In this document: positions 10,049-19,320 of the stretch, one piece after another | How the letters are laid out: each line of letters starts with the position of its first letter | Numbering within the stretch: position 1 is the first letter of the stretch | From: Deltaproteobacteria bacterium | Lineage (GTDB): Bacteria; Desulfobacterota; Binatia; DP-6 | Length of the DNA stretch: 64,000 bases | Assembly: GCA_005879795.1 (NCBI GenBank) | Contig: VBKJ01000135.1 | Span: 286-64,285 of the forward strand | Direction of reading: 5' to 3' | Position numbers and translations under genes: made by a program | Notes under the pieces: generated by a model | What the model saw: only the letters and a program-made list of their open reading frames with translations | What the model was told of the DNA's origin: nothing | Databases searched by the model: none

Positions 10049-11211
10049 CGCCCGAGGCCCGTCGCGCGCGCCGCGTCGGCGAAGGCCGCGAGCGCGCGCT
10101 CGAGCTGCGCCGTCGTGTGCGTCGCCATCGGTGTGACGCGGAGCCGCGCCGTCCCCGGCGGCACGGTGGGCGGGCGGATCGCGAGCGCGTGCACGCCGCG
10201 CGCGAGGAGCGCGTCGGCAAATGCCAGCGCGGCCCGGTTGTCGCCCACCACGAGCGGCACGATATGCGTGTCGCCGCGCGCGTCGAGGCCGAGGGTGCGC
10301 AACCCGTCGCGCAGCCACGCGACCTTGCGCACGAGCGCCGCGCGCCGCTCCGGCTCCGCCGCCACCACCGCCAGCGCCGCGCCGGCCGCCGCCACCGCCG
10401 CCGGCGCGAGCCCGGTCGTGTAGATGAAGGCGCGCGCGCGGTTCACGAGCACTTCGACCAGCGCGCGCGCCCCGGCGATGTAGGCGCCGGCGCCGCCGAG
10501 CGCCTTGCCGAGCGTCCCCATGTGGACGGTTACGCGCGCGCCCACGCCCTCGGCCGCGGCGAGGCCGGCGCCGCCGGGACCGAGCACACCCGTCGCGTGG
10601 GCCTCGTCTACCATGAGCCAGCTGTGGTATTCCTCGGCGAGCGCGGCCAGCGCCCGGAGCGGTGCCCGGTCGCCGTCCATGGAGAAGACCGAGTCGCTCA
10701 CGATGAGCCGGCGGCCGCCGCGTGGGGTGGCGGCGAGCTCGGCCTCAAGGGCCTGCACGTCGCGGTGGGGATAGACGTGGACGCTGGCCCGCGAGAGCCG
10801 GCATCCGTCGACGATACTCGCGTGGTTGAGGGCATCGCTGTAGACGTGGTCGCCGCGGCCGACGAGCGCCGTGATCGCGCCCACGTTCGCCTGGTAGCCG
10901 GAGGGGAAGAGGAGCGCCGCCTCGGTGCCCTTGAGCGCCGCGAGCTTCGCTTCGACCTCGGCGTGCAGCTCGAGGTGCCCGGCGATCAGGCGCGAGGCGC
11001 CCGTGCCGCAGCCCCAGTGCTCGATCGCCGCACATGCCGCCGCCTTCACGGCCGGGTGGGTGGCGAGCCCGAGGTAGTTGTTGGAGGAGAGGAGGAGGAC
11101 GCGGCGTCCGTCGAGCATCACCTCGGCGTCGGAGGCGCTCGCGAGCGGGCGCAGGCGGCGGCGGAGGCCCGCGTCCTCGAGCGCCGCGAGCTCCGCGTCG
11201 AGGACTCGCAC
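10045..11211 (-). CDS. bioF: 8-amino-7-oxononanoate synthase
   Basis: [41 protein letters not shown] start at 11211 is inferred. Confidence 0.93.
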   Translation of the reverse strand: MRVLDAELAALEDAGLRRRLRPLASASDAEVMLDGRRVLLLSSNNYLGLATHPAVKAAACAAIEHWGCGTGASRLIAGHLELHAEVEAKLAALKGTEAALLFPSGYQANVGAITALVGRGDHVYSDALNHASIVDGCRLSRASVHVYPHRDVQALEAELAATPRGGRRLIVSDSVFSMDGDRAPLRALAALAEEYHSWLMVDEAHATGVLGPGGAGLAAAEGVGARVTVHMGTLGKALGGAGAYIAGARALVEVLVNRARAFIYTTGLAPAAVAAAGAALAVVAAEPERRAALVRKVAWLRDGLRTLGLDARGDTHIVPLVVGDNRAALAFADALLARGVHALAIRPPTVPPGTARLRVTPMATHTTAQLERALAAFADAARATGLGR

Positions 11212-11239
11212 GCGGCGGTCATGCCGGGCACGGTCGCCC

Positions 11240-11271
11240 TTGTCAATCTCGAGCGGCCTCATGGTTGACAA
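11240..11271. promoter_or_regulatory. Candidate BirA operator TTGTCAATC-N14-GGTTGACAA
   Basis: Inverted repeat CCTTGTCAA/TTGACAAGG directly upstream of bioF; one mismatch from the delta-proteobacterial BirA consensus as I recall it (TTGTCAACC-N14-GGTTGACAA). Confidence 0.8.
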
Positions 11272-12631
11272 GGCGGGGCGCTCGGCCTTCGTGTGCCAGC
11301 AGTGCGGCCATGCGGCCCCGCGCTGGCTCGGGCAGTGCCCGGGTTGCGGCGCGTGGAGCACGATGGTCGAGGAGGCGCTCCCCGAGCCACGCGCCCGCGG
11401 CGCCCGCGCCGGCGCGCCGAGCGGCCAGAAGGCGCGGCCGCTCGCCGCCGTCACCGCCGGCGCGGCGCTCCGCCGTACGACCGGTCTCGCGGAGCTGGAC
11501 CGCGTCCTGGGCGGCGGGCTCGTCGCGGGCTCGGTCGTGCTGGTGGGTGGCGACCCGGGGATCGGAAAATCGACGCTCGCCCTTCAGGCGTGCGGTGCGC
11601 TCGCGCGCCAGGGGCTGCCCGTCCTCTACGTCGCGGGCGAGGAGTCGCCGGAGCAGGTGCGGCTGCGCGCCGACCGCCTCGGCATGGCCGAGGCGGGCGT
11701 GCTCGTCGTCGCCGAGACGGTGGCGGAGAGCGTGGCAGAGCTGATCGGCGAGACGCGGCCCGCGGCGGTCGTCGTCGACTCGATCCAGACCCTCCACACG
11801 AGCGCGCTCGGCTCCGCGCCCGGCAGCGTGGGGCAGGTGCGCGAGTCGGCGGCGCTGCTGGTCGCGCGCGCGAAGGCGAGCGGCGTCGCCTGCTTTCTCA
11901 TCGGCCACGTGACCAAGGAGGGCACGCTCGCCGGCCCGCGGGTGCTCGAGCACCTGGTCGACACCGTCCTCTACTTCGAGGGCGACGGCGCGCATGCGCT
12001 GCGGGTGCTGCGCGCCGTCAAGAACCGGTTCGGCTCGACCAACGAGGTGGCGGTGTTCGAGATGGGGGAGGGCGGGCTCGAGGAGGTCCCGAACCCCTCC
12101 GCCGCCTTCCTCGCCGAGCGGCCGGCCGGCGCCCCGGGCTCGGCGGTGCTCGCGACGCTCGAGGGGAGCCGCCCCCTGCTGGTCGAGATCCAGGCGCTCG
12201 TGTCGCAGTCGGGGCTCGCCCTGCCGCGCCGGACCGCCATCGGCCTCGACCCGGGCCGCGTGGCGCTCCTCCTCGCCGTGCTCGAGAAGCGCATGCAGCT
12301 CCCGCTCCACGCCGAGGACGTGTTCCTGAACGTGGCGGGCGGACTCCGCGTCGACGAGCCGGCGGCCGACCTGGCCGTGGTCGCGGCGGTCGCCTCCTCC
12401 GCCCGCGGCCGCGCGCTGGTCGCCGACGTGGCGGTGTGGGGCGAGGTCGGGCTCACCGGCGAGGTGCGCGCCGTCGGGCGCTCGGAGGCGCGCCTCCGCG
12501 AGGCCGCGCGGCAGGGCTTTCGGCGCTGCGTGCTCCCGGCCTCGAACGCGCGCGGCCTCGCGGTCGACGGGACGCGGGCCGAGGGTGTCGCCGCGCTCGA
12601 CCAGCTCTTCGAGGTGCTCGGCCTCGCATGA
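11261..12631 (+). CDS. radA: DNA repair protein RadA/Sms
   Basis: Zn finger CQQCG...CPGCGAW, Walker A GGDPGIGKST, KNRFG motif, Lon-like C-terminus. Start refined to 11261. Confidence 0.95.
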   Translation: MVDKAGRSAFVCQQCGHAAPRWLGQCPGCGAWSTMVEEALPEPRARGARAGAPSGQKARPLAAVTAGAALRRTTGLAELDRVLGGGLVAGSVVLVGGDPGIGKSTLALQACGALARQGLPVLYVAGEESPEQVRLRADRLGMAEAGVLVVAETVAESVAELIGETRPAAVVVDSIQTLHTSALGSAPGSVGQVRESAALLVARAKASGVACFLIGHVTKEGTLAGPRVLEHLVDTVLYFEGDGAHALRVLRAVKNRFGSTNEVAVFEMGEGGLEEVPNPSAAFLAERPAGAPGSAVLATLEGSRPLLVEIQALVSQSGLALPRRTAIGLDPGRVALLLAVLEKRMQLPLHAEDVFLNVAGGLRVDEPAADLAVVAAVASSARGRALVADVAVWGEVGLTGEVRAVGRSEARLREAARQGFRRCVLPASNARGLAVDGTRAEGVAALDQLFEVLGLA

Positions 12632-14505
12632 CGTTCCTCGCCCTCTTCTGGCTGAACGTCGGGCTGCTCGCGCTCTTCGCCGTCCTCGTCCAACGCGAGG
12701 GGCTCCTCGGCTTCGCGAAGGGCGGCAAGTGGTACCTCACCTGGTTCGCCACCGGCCTCATCACGCTGATGGACGAGCTCACCTCGATCTTCTACGTGCC
12801 GGCGGAAGCCCACCGCTTCATCGGGACCCGGGCGATCTTCTTCATCGCCATCACCTCGCTCCTCATGCGGGTGCTCTCGACCCGCATGGTCGAGATCGCC
12901 CAGATCCTCGAGCTGCACGACCTCCGGGGCGGCGGAGTCTACTCGTTCTCCTACTTCGTGCTCGGCCCGGTCGCCTCGTTCGTGGCGGTCGCATCGATCA
13001 TGGTCGACTACATCCTGACCGCCTGCATCTCGACGGTGAGCGCGGTCTACAACGGGACCGCCTTCCTCCCCATGGGGCCCGCCGCGCAGTACGTGCTCAT
13101 CTTCGCGGCCGTCTGGGCGGTCGCGGGGCTCAACATCCTCGGCATCCGCGAGAACGCGCGCGTCACCTTCGGCATCTTCATCGTCGCCGCCATCGTGCTG
13201 CTCAATCTGATCGCCCTCGGCGTCCTGCACATCGACCCGCAGAGCCCGCACGTCATCTACGAGAGCGGGGCGAGTGTCGTGCGGGACGTCAGGCACCACG
13301 GCTTGCCGCACGCGATCGCCACCCTCACGACCGGGGTGGCGTTCTGCGTGCTCGCATACTCGGGCATCGAGTCGGTCATCCAGACCGCCGGGCTGGTGGA
13401 AAGCTGGCGCGACATCTCGAAGGCGTACTGGTTCCTGGCGCTCACGGTGGGGATCGTCACCCCCCTCATCTCGGCGCTCGCCCTCTCGGCCCCGGTCGAC
13501 TTCGCCGCGCACGAGGAGGACCTCATCACCCACTGGGCGGCGGTCGTCGGCAACGTGCCCTTCGGGGTGCTGGTCGGCGTCCTGGGGAGCGTCATCCTCA
13601 TCATGGCGGTGAACACCGCCTACGTGGCCTCGAGCGAGCTCCTCGAGCGGGTCGCGCACCGCTACAACCTGAACTGGCTGGTCGCGACCAACCGCCGGGC
13701 GTCGCTCTACCGCATCCACATCCTGAACGGGCTCATGTACTCGGGCATCATCGTGCTCACCAAGGCATCGCAGGCGATCCTCGCCGACATGTACGCGATC
13801 GGGCTGCTCGCGAGCTTCTGCATCAACATCGGCTGCCTGCTGATCTACCGCTACTTCCAGGGGACGAAGGAGATCCGCGACTACCACACCTCGCGCACGG
13901 GCACGCTCGCGCTCGAGGCGATCCTGGTCGCCTGCTTCGTCTATCTCGCCCTGCACAAGCCCTACGGCGTGGCGCTCTGGGGGAGCGTGGTGGCGGTGCT
14001 CCTCTGCCTCGGCATTCCGCTCTCGCGCCGCTACGGCCCCGAGGCGAAGGAGGTCCGCCGCAGCGACTACCCGATGGAGATGCTGCTCGCGCTCGGCGAG
14101 ACCGACGGGCCGCTCGACGTCTACTTCCGCCGCCCCGGCGAGGTGGACATCGTGACGGGCTCGCCGAATGCCGCCTTCGTGACGTTCTTCTCGCCGCGCC
14201 AGCCGATCCCCCAGAAGCTCGCGCCCAACCACTATCGCTTCCCGATCCAGGGCGGGAGTGTGTACCGGAGCATCCGGGCGATCCTCGCGCTCCTCGTCGA
14301 GGAGCTCGAGGGGCGCGAGGTCCACGTGCACTTCGGCTGGCCGACGTCGTCGTGGCTCGATCGCATGGCGGTCGGCGTCTTCGTGGCGAGCCTCATGCGG
14401 CTCCCGAAGGCGTTCCCCAGGCTCACCTTCTCGATGGACTACAGCGCCCGGGCTGACCGGCCGGCGGACGCGGCGGCCCCGGGCGAGCGCGTCGCCGGCA
14501 GCTAG
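12628..14505 (+). CDS. APC-superfamily permease with soluble C-terminal domain
   Basis: Many predicted TM helices, AYSGIES and MAVNTAY motifs; ATGA overlap with radA. Confidence 0.75.
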   Translation: MTFLALFWLNVGLLALFAVLVQREGLLGFAKGGKWYLTWFATGLITLMDELTSIFYVPAEAHRFIGTRAIFFIAITSLLMRVLSTRMVEIAQILELHDLRGGGVYSFSYFVLGPVASFVAVASIMVDYILTACISTVSAVYNGTAFLPMGPAAQYVLIFAAVWAVAGLNILGIRENARVTFGIFIVAAIVLLNLIALGVLHIDPQSPHVIYESGASVVRDVRHHGLPHAIATLTTGVAFCVLAYSGIESVIQTAGLVESWRDISKAYWFLALTVGIVTPLISALALSAPVDFAAHEEDLITHWAAVVGNVPFGVLVGVLGSVILIMAVNTAYVASSELLERVAHRYNLNWLVATNRRASLYRIHILNGLMYSGIIVLTKASQAILADMYAIGLLASFCINIGCLLIYRYFQGTKEIRDYHTSRTGTLALEAILVACFVYLALHKPYGVALWGSVVAVLLCLGIPLSRRYGPEAKEVRRSDYPMEMLLALGETDGPLDVYFRRPGEVDIVTGSPNAAFVTFFSPRQPIPQKLAPNHYRFPIQGGSVYRSIRAILALLVEELEGREVHVHFGWPTSSWLDRMAVGVFVASLMRLPKAFPRLTFSMDYSARADRPADAAAPGERVAGS

Positions 14506-14510
14506 GCGTC

Positions 14511-15119
14511 TCAGGACTTGAGCGGCTCGCCCTTCGCGTTCTTCTCGCGCAGGACGTCGAGGAGCTTCGCCGGCCCGCCGCTGCTCATGATGTCCTGGAA
14601 CTGGGAGCGGAAGTTCGCGACCAGGCTCACGCGCTCGATGACGACGTCGATGATGCGCCAGGCGTCGTTCTCCTGGCGCAGCCGGTAGTCGACCAGCACG
14701 TCGGCGTTGCCGCCGCCGCGCAGGATCTTCGTCTTCACCGTCCAGTCGCCGTGCCCCTCGTCGCGCTCGCCCACCACGTCGACCTTCTCGTTGCTGTAGC
14801 TCTCGATGCTGCGCCCGTAGGTGAGCGAAAGGTGCGCCTTGAAGAGCCGCAGGAACTCCGCCTGCTGGTCGGCGGAGAGCCGGCCCCAGTTCCGCGCCAG
14901 CACGAGGTGCGACATGGTGTCGAAGTCGATGTTGGCGCCGGCCAGGTCCTCGATGCGGTGGCGCTTCTCCTCGCTCGAGAGGCCTTTGTTGCCGAGCACG
15001 TCGATGGCGGCCTGGGTCATCTTCTCGACGATGGCGCGGGGGCTGTCGCCCGCGCGCGCCACGGCGGCGAGGCACGAGGCCAGGGCGACGACGGCGAGAG
15101 TGCGATGGCGGATGCTCAC
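14511..15119 (-). CDS. mlaC: MlaC/Ttg2D phospholipid-binding periplasmic protein
   Basis: Signal peptide, IDFDTMSHLVLARNW, WRIIDVVIERVSLVANFRSQF; GTG at 15119. Confidence 0.9.
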   Translation of the reverse strand: MSIRHRTLAVVALASCLAAVARAGDSPRAIVEKMTQAAIDVLGNKGLSSEEKRHRIEDLAGANIDFDTMSHLVLARNWGRLSADQQAEFLRLFKAHLSLTYGRSIESYSNEKVDVVGERDEGHGDWTVKTKILRGGGNADVLVDYRLRQENDAWRIIDVVIERVSLVANFRSQFQDIMSSGGPAKLLDVLREKNAKGEPLKS

Positions 15120-15880
15120 GGCTTCTCCTCCAGGTCGAACTCGGGATGGTACAGCTCCTCGCTCTCCTCCGCGCTCGTCTCCGCGAGGTCGCGCACCAGG
15201 GCGCGGCGGCGCTGGAGATAGGCGTTGCGCACGAAGACGTAGTAGTCGAACGCCGAGGCCTTCGCATCCTCGACCTGCTTGAGCACGAAGGAGCGCGCGT
15301 TCACCGTGTCGGCCACCTGCGCGCCCCACAGGATCGCCTCGTCGATGAAGAAGGGCGTCACGCTGAGCGCGTAGTCGACCGCGAAGCCCGCCGCGTCGCG
15401 CGGGTCGGAGGGCCCGAGCAGCGGCAGCACGAGGTAGGCTCCCGGCGGCACCCCCCACACACCGAGCGTCTGGCCGAAGTCCTCGTCGTGCTTCACGAGC
15501 CCCCATCCCGAGGCGGGATCGAAGAGGCCGAGCACGCCGACGGTGGTGTTGACCCCGAAGCGCCCGACGTCGGAGGCGCCGTCCTTCACCTTGCCCTGCA
15601 GGAGGTCGTTCACGGTGACGATCGGGAAGCGGAGGTTGCCGAAGAAGTTCGAGACCGACGTTCGCACGCAGTGCGGCGACACCTTCTCCCAGCCCCTCGC
15701 GACCGGCGCGAGCACGTAGACGTCGACCTTGTCGTTGAACCAGAATATCTTCCGGTTCACGCACTCGAGCGGGTCGCGCTCGGTGCCGACGTCCTCCGCG
15801 GCGCTCGCCCGGCGGACGGCGGCGGCCCACGACAGGACGAGCACGGCGGCGAGGAGGGGACCCATCCGCCCCGGCCTCAC
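15116..15880 (-). CDS. mlaA: VacJ/MlaA family protein
   Basis: DPLECVNRKIFWFN, NTTVGVLGLFD, EDFGQTLG, LVLPLLGPS, YVFVRNAYLQRR. Confidence 0.92.
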   Translation of the reverse strand: MRPGRMGPLLAAVLVLSWAAAVRRASAAEDVGTERDPLECVNRKIFWFNDKVDVYVLAPVARGWEKVSPHCVRTSVSNFFGNLRFPIVTVNDLLQGKVKDGASDVGRFGVNTTVGVLGLFDPASGWGLVKHDEDFGQTLGVWGVPPGAYLVLPLLGPSDPRDAAGFAVDYALSVTPFFIDEAILWGAQVADTVNARSFVLKQVEDAKASAFDYYVFVRNAYLQRRRALVRDLAETSAEESEELYHPEFDLEEKP

Positions 15881-16338
15881 TGGCTCTTCCCCCGATCGGC
15901 GCCGTAGATCAGCTTGCCGATCACCCGTTCCAGGACGACGGCGGACTCGGTCATCGTGATCTGGTCTCCCGGTTGCAGCAGCTTGTCGTTGCCGCCGACC
16001 TGGAGGGAGACGTAGCGATCCCCGAGCAGGCCCGCGGTCATGATCGAGGCGGTGGTGTCGATCGGCAGCTTGAGCGCCGCGTCGACGTCGACCCGGACGT
16101 GCGCGCGGTAGCTCTGGTCGAGGGTGATCGAGGCCACCTGGCCGACCTTCACACCCGCGATGACCACCTGGGCGCGCGGCTTGAGGCCCCCGGTCTCGTC
16201 GAAGTCGGCGTAGAGCGCCATGTGCCTGGGGCCGCCGTAGGAGACCCTGCCCACGCTGAGCGAGAGGTAGGCGACGGCGCCGAGGCCCGCGAGGACGAAG
16301 AGACCGACCAGGAGATCACGCACGGGCGCACGGCTCAT
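15877..16338 (-). CDS. mlaD: MlaD (MCE domain) lipid-binding protein
   Basis: N-terminal TM anchor, GLKPRAQVVIAGVKVGQV, TAGLLGDRYV. Confidence 0.92.
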   Translation of the reverse strand: MSRAPVRDLLVGLFVLAGLGAVAYLSLSVGRVSYGGPRHMALYADFDETGGLKPRAQVVIAGVKVGQVASITLDQSYRAHVRVDVDAALKLPIDTTASIMTAGLLGDRYVSLQVGGNDKLLQPGDQITMTESAVVLERVIGKLIYGADRGKSQ

Positions 16339-16342
16339 CCGT

Positions 16343-17116
16343 TCACACCCCCCACAGCGCGGTGATGAAGTAGTCGAAGATCAGCACGCTGACCGACGCG
16401 ACCACCACCGTCGAGGTGGTCGCGGCGCCGACGCCGGCCGAGGTGGGGACCGCGGTGTGACCCCGGTACGTGGCGATGAGGCCGACCAGCACGCCGAAGA
16501 TGAGGGCCTTCAGCAGGCTGCCGAGCACGTCGTCGCGAAAGTCGACCGCCGACCGGAGGCTCGACATGTAGCTCCCCGGGTCCACACCCATGAGCCCCAC
16601 GCCCACCAGGTAGCCGCCGAAGAGCCCGCACACGATGAAGAGCGCGGAGAGGAGCGGCATGGCGGCCGTCATGGCGAGCGCGCGCGGAGTCGCCACCAGG
16701 TCGATCGGGTCGACGGACATCATGCGCAGCGCGTCGAGCTGCTCGGTGGCGACCATGGTGCCGATCTCGGCGGTGGTGGCCGAGCCGGCGCGGCCGGTGG
16801 CCAGCAGCGCGGTCAGCACCGGGCCGAGCTCACGGATGAGCGAGAGGCCCACCACCGCGCCCAGCGACTGCTCGGCGCCGAAGCGCACCAGGGTGGTGTA
16901 GCCCTGGAGGCTCAGCACCATGCCCACGGCGAGCCCGCACACGCAGATGATGACCAGCGAGAGCACGCCCAGCTTGAAGAGCTCGTCGACGAACAGGCGC
17001 GCACGCACGGGCGGGGAGAGCGCCGCGCGTCCGATCTGCGCCCCGAAGCGGGCGAGTCGGCCCAGGTCGGCGACGAAGCGGACCGCCGCCCAGCCGAGGT
17101 CGCGGATCGCGTTCAC
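16343..17116 (-). CDS. mlaE: MlaE ABC permease
   Basis: IRELGPVLTAL, GRAGSA, EIGTMVATEQLDALRMM. Confidence 0.95.
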   Translation of the reverse strand: MNAIRDLGWAAVRFVADLGRLARFGAQIGRAALSPPVRARLFVDELFKLGVLSLVIICVCGLAVGMVLSLQGYTTLVRFGAEQSLGAVVGLSLIRELGPVLTALLATGRAGSATTAEIGTMVATEQLDALRMMSVDPIDLVATPRALAMTAAMPLLSALFIVCGLFGGYLVGVGLMGVDPGSYMSSLRSAVDFRDDVLGSLLKALIFGVLVGLIATYRGHTAVPTSAGVGAATTSTVVVASVSVLIFDYFITALWGV

Positions 17117-17874
17117 GCGCGGGCCCCGCCCGGCGCGCCGTCCTCGTCGAGGAAGCCCGCCACGCGGCGGTCGGTCGTGCGCCGGAGCTCCGCGGGCGAG
17201 CCCTCGACGGCCCGGTCGGGCAGCAGCAGGACGACGTGATCGGCGATGCGCATGGTCGACGCGATGTGGTGCGAGACGATCAGCATGGTCGCCTGGAGCC
17301 GGTGGTTCACGTCCACGAGGAGCGTCTCGATGAGCCGCACGGACGCCGGATCGAGGCCCGAGAAGGGCTCGTCGCAGAGGAGGATCACCGGCTTCATGAT
17401 GATCGCCCGGGCGAGCGACGCGCGCTTCACCATGCCGCCCGAGAGCTGGTTGGGCAAGAGCTCTTCGATACCGGCGAGCCCCACGGCGGCGAGGGCCTCG
17501 CGCACCGCGGCCGCGATCTCGGGCTCAGTCATCGCGGTGTGCTCGCGCAGGGGGAAGGCCAGGTTGTCGAACAGCGTCAGCGAGTCGAGCAGCGCGCCGT
17601 CCTGGAACATCATGCCGAGCTTCCGGCGCACGGCGTACATCTGCCGCTCCGAGCGGTGGGTGATCTCGTCGCCGTCCACCACGATGCGGCCTGCCTGGGC
17701 ACGCACCAGGCCGCCGATCAGCCGGAGCAACGTGCTCTTGCCCGAGCCGCTGCCGCCGAGGATGACCGATACCCGGCCGCGCGGGAAGCGGCACGAGAGG
17801 TCGCGGAACACCACGCGCTGCCCGAAGGCCATGCGCACGCCGCTGAACTCGACCTGAGCATTGGACGGGCTCAC
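17113..17874 (-). CDS. mlaF: MlaF ABC ATPase
   Basis: GGSGSGKS, LSGGM, LLCDEPFSGLD. Confidence 0.95.
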   Translation of the reverse strand: MSPSNAQVEFSGVRMAFGQRVVFRDLSCRFPRGRVSVILGGSGSGKSTLLRLIGGLVRAQAGRIVVDGDEITHRSERQMYAVRRKLGMMFQDGALLDSLTLFDNLAFPLREHTAMTEPEIAAAVREALAAVGLAGIEELLPNQLSGGMVKRASLARAIIMKPVILLCDEPFSGLDPASVRLIETLLVDVNHRLQATMLIVSHHIASTMRIADHVVLLLPDRAVEGSPAELRRTTDRRVAGFLDEDGAPGGARA

Positions 17875-18129
17875 GCGGGCGCAGGGTGCTCCCTTTCCGA
17901 CATAGGGCTCGGCTTCCTTGTTATCCGTTTGGGAGCCCAGGCAAGGCTCGTGCCGCAGGGAATTGGGGGGAAATACTATTGTGACAGGGGCAGTGCAAGC
18001 AAAAGTCGACTCACACTTTACTCACAGGGTGAGTGTCGTCGGCCCGCGACGCCAGAGGCGGAACACCCGCACCGGGTGCGCTGCACACGGTCCCGAAGAG
18101 CAGCCTGCGCCGCCCGAGAGGACGTTCTC

Positions 18130-18333
18130 GTGGCCGCACGCCTGATTCGACATTGGGAACCGAATCCCGACCGCCGACCAGCGTTGCGAGAGCAAGTTGC
18201 GCGATCTTCGCGACTTCGGATTCGAGACGGTGAGTTCGTGGATCGGGCCGTCAGCGGGACCAGGGAGAGGCGTCGTTCGCTCGACCGCTTGCTGAGCGGT
18301 GACCGGGTCGACGTGCTCGTGTCAGTGAAGGGG
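18130..18333 (+). pseudogene. Possible decayed serine recombinase (resolvase) N-terminal fragment
   Basis: Frame reads NPDRRPALREQ...EFVDRAVSGTRERRRSLDRLL..RVDVLV, resembling the resolvase pattern EYVD-G-SG----RP-LDRL...DVVLV. No start codon and no catalytic YxRVS. Boundaries approximate. Confidence 0.45.
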
Positions 18334-18365
18334 GCTGCCGCGCCGCATGAACGCCGTCCCCCCGG

Positions 18366-19319
18366 TCAGATGGGGATGCGGATGCCCCGCCGCGCGAGGA
18401 TGATGGTCAGCGCGCTCAGCGCCGCCAGCGCGGCCAGCACGGCCGCCATGCCGCGGAAGAGGGGCAGGCGCTGCCACGCCGGGAAGACCAGCCATGCCGG
18501 GTAGTAGACGAGCACGTACTGCAGCACCCACGCGGTGAGCGCGTTGGCGCCGACGGCGAGGAGCCAGGCGGGGAAGCCCACGCCCGCGCCCTCGAGTCCG
18601 GCGGTGGCGAGCAGGAGCGCGGCGGAGGCGGCGGTCGCGACGGCGACGAAGCTCGAGGTGCCGACCGTCTTGTTGAAGGGGACGCCGGCCAGCTGGGCGA
18701 CCACGGTCCAGCCCAGGCCGGTGACGGCGACGGCGGTCGCGCGTCCGATCAGCCGGCGCGGCGGGGCGCCGCCCACGAGCCCGCGGCCAACCAGCAGCCC
18801 GGCCAGCGTGAGCGGCGCGAAGGCCAGGGCGGCGAGCGGGTTGTGATGCACCTCGCCGGGCGCCCCGCGAAAGAAGAGGGCGAGGAGCCCGAGCGCGAGC
18901 GCGGCCACGACGCCGTCCGGCAGCTGCGCGACGCCGGTGGCCACCACGCCCCCCAGGGCGAGCGTCTGCAGCACGCCCCACTTCGGCCTCGCGGTGAGCG
19001 TCCCGACCGAGTCGAGCACGATGCCGAGGCCGGCCAGGAGCGCGAAGCGCCACACGGCCGTGAAGCGTGCGGCGCCGGGCGCGAGTCCGCGCGCCGTGCG
19101 CTTGTGCAGGAAGAGGACGAGCGACACGCCGATCAGGAACTGGAAGACCGGCGCGGGGAAGTCGAAGGCTCGCAGCACGTCGCCCTCGTTGTGCTGCAGG
19201 ACCTCGGGCACGCGGCGCAGGAAGACGTTCATCATGTTGGCGAACAGCATGCCGAGCACCGCGAGCGCGCGGCAGACGTCGACGAAGGCGAGCCGGGGAG
19301 CGGCGCCCTCGCCCGCCAC
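18366..19319 (-). CDS. DUF1624 / heparan-alpha-glucosaminide N-acetyltransferase-like membrane protein
   Basis: RLAFVDVCRALAV, FQFLIGVS, WGVLQTLA; many TM segments. Confidence 0.7.
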   Translation of the reverse strand: MAGEGAAPRLAFVDVCRALAVLGMLFANMMNVFLRRVPEVLQHNEGDVLRAFDFPAPVFQFLIGVSLVLFLHKRTARGLAPGAARFTAVWRFALLAGLGIVLDSVGTLTARPKWGVLQTLALGGVVATGVAQLPDGVVAALALGLLALFFRGAPGEVHHNPLAALAFAPLTLAGLLVGRGLVGGAPPRRLIGRATAVAVTGLGWTVVAQLAGVPFNKTVGTSSFVAVATAASAALLLATAGLEGAGVGFPAWLLAVGANALTAWVLQYVLVYYPAWLVFPAWQRLPLFRGMAAVLAALAALSALTIILARRGIRIPI

Positions 19320-19320
19320 C

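Noticed and set aside
14511-17874. mla operon lacking mlaB and including mlaA
   Set aside because: A common arrangement outside gamma-proteobacteria; not novel.
18085-18110. GGTCCCGAAGAGCAGCC as SRP RNA
   Set aside because: Only loosely similar to the SRP domain IV motif, and no supporting long helix was found.
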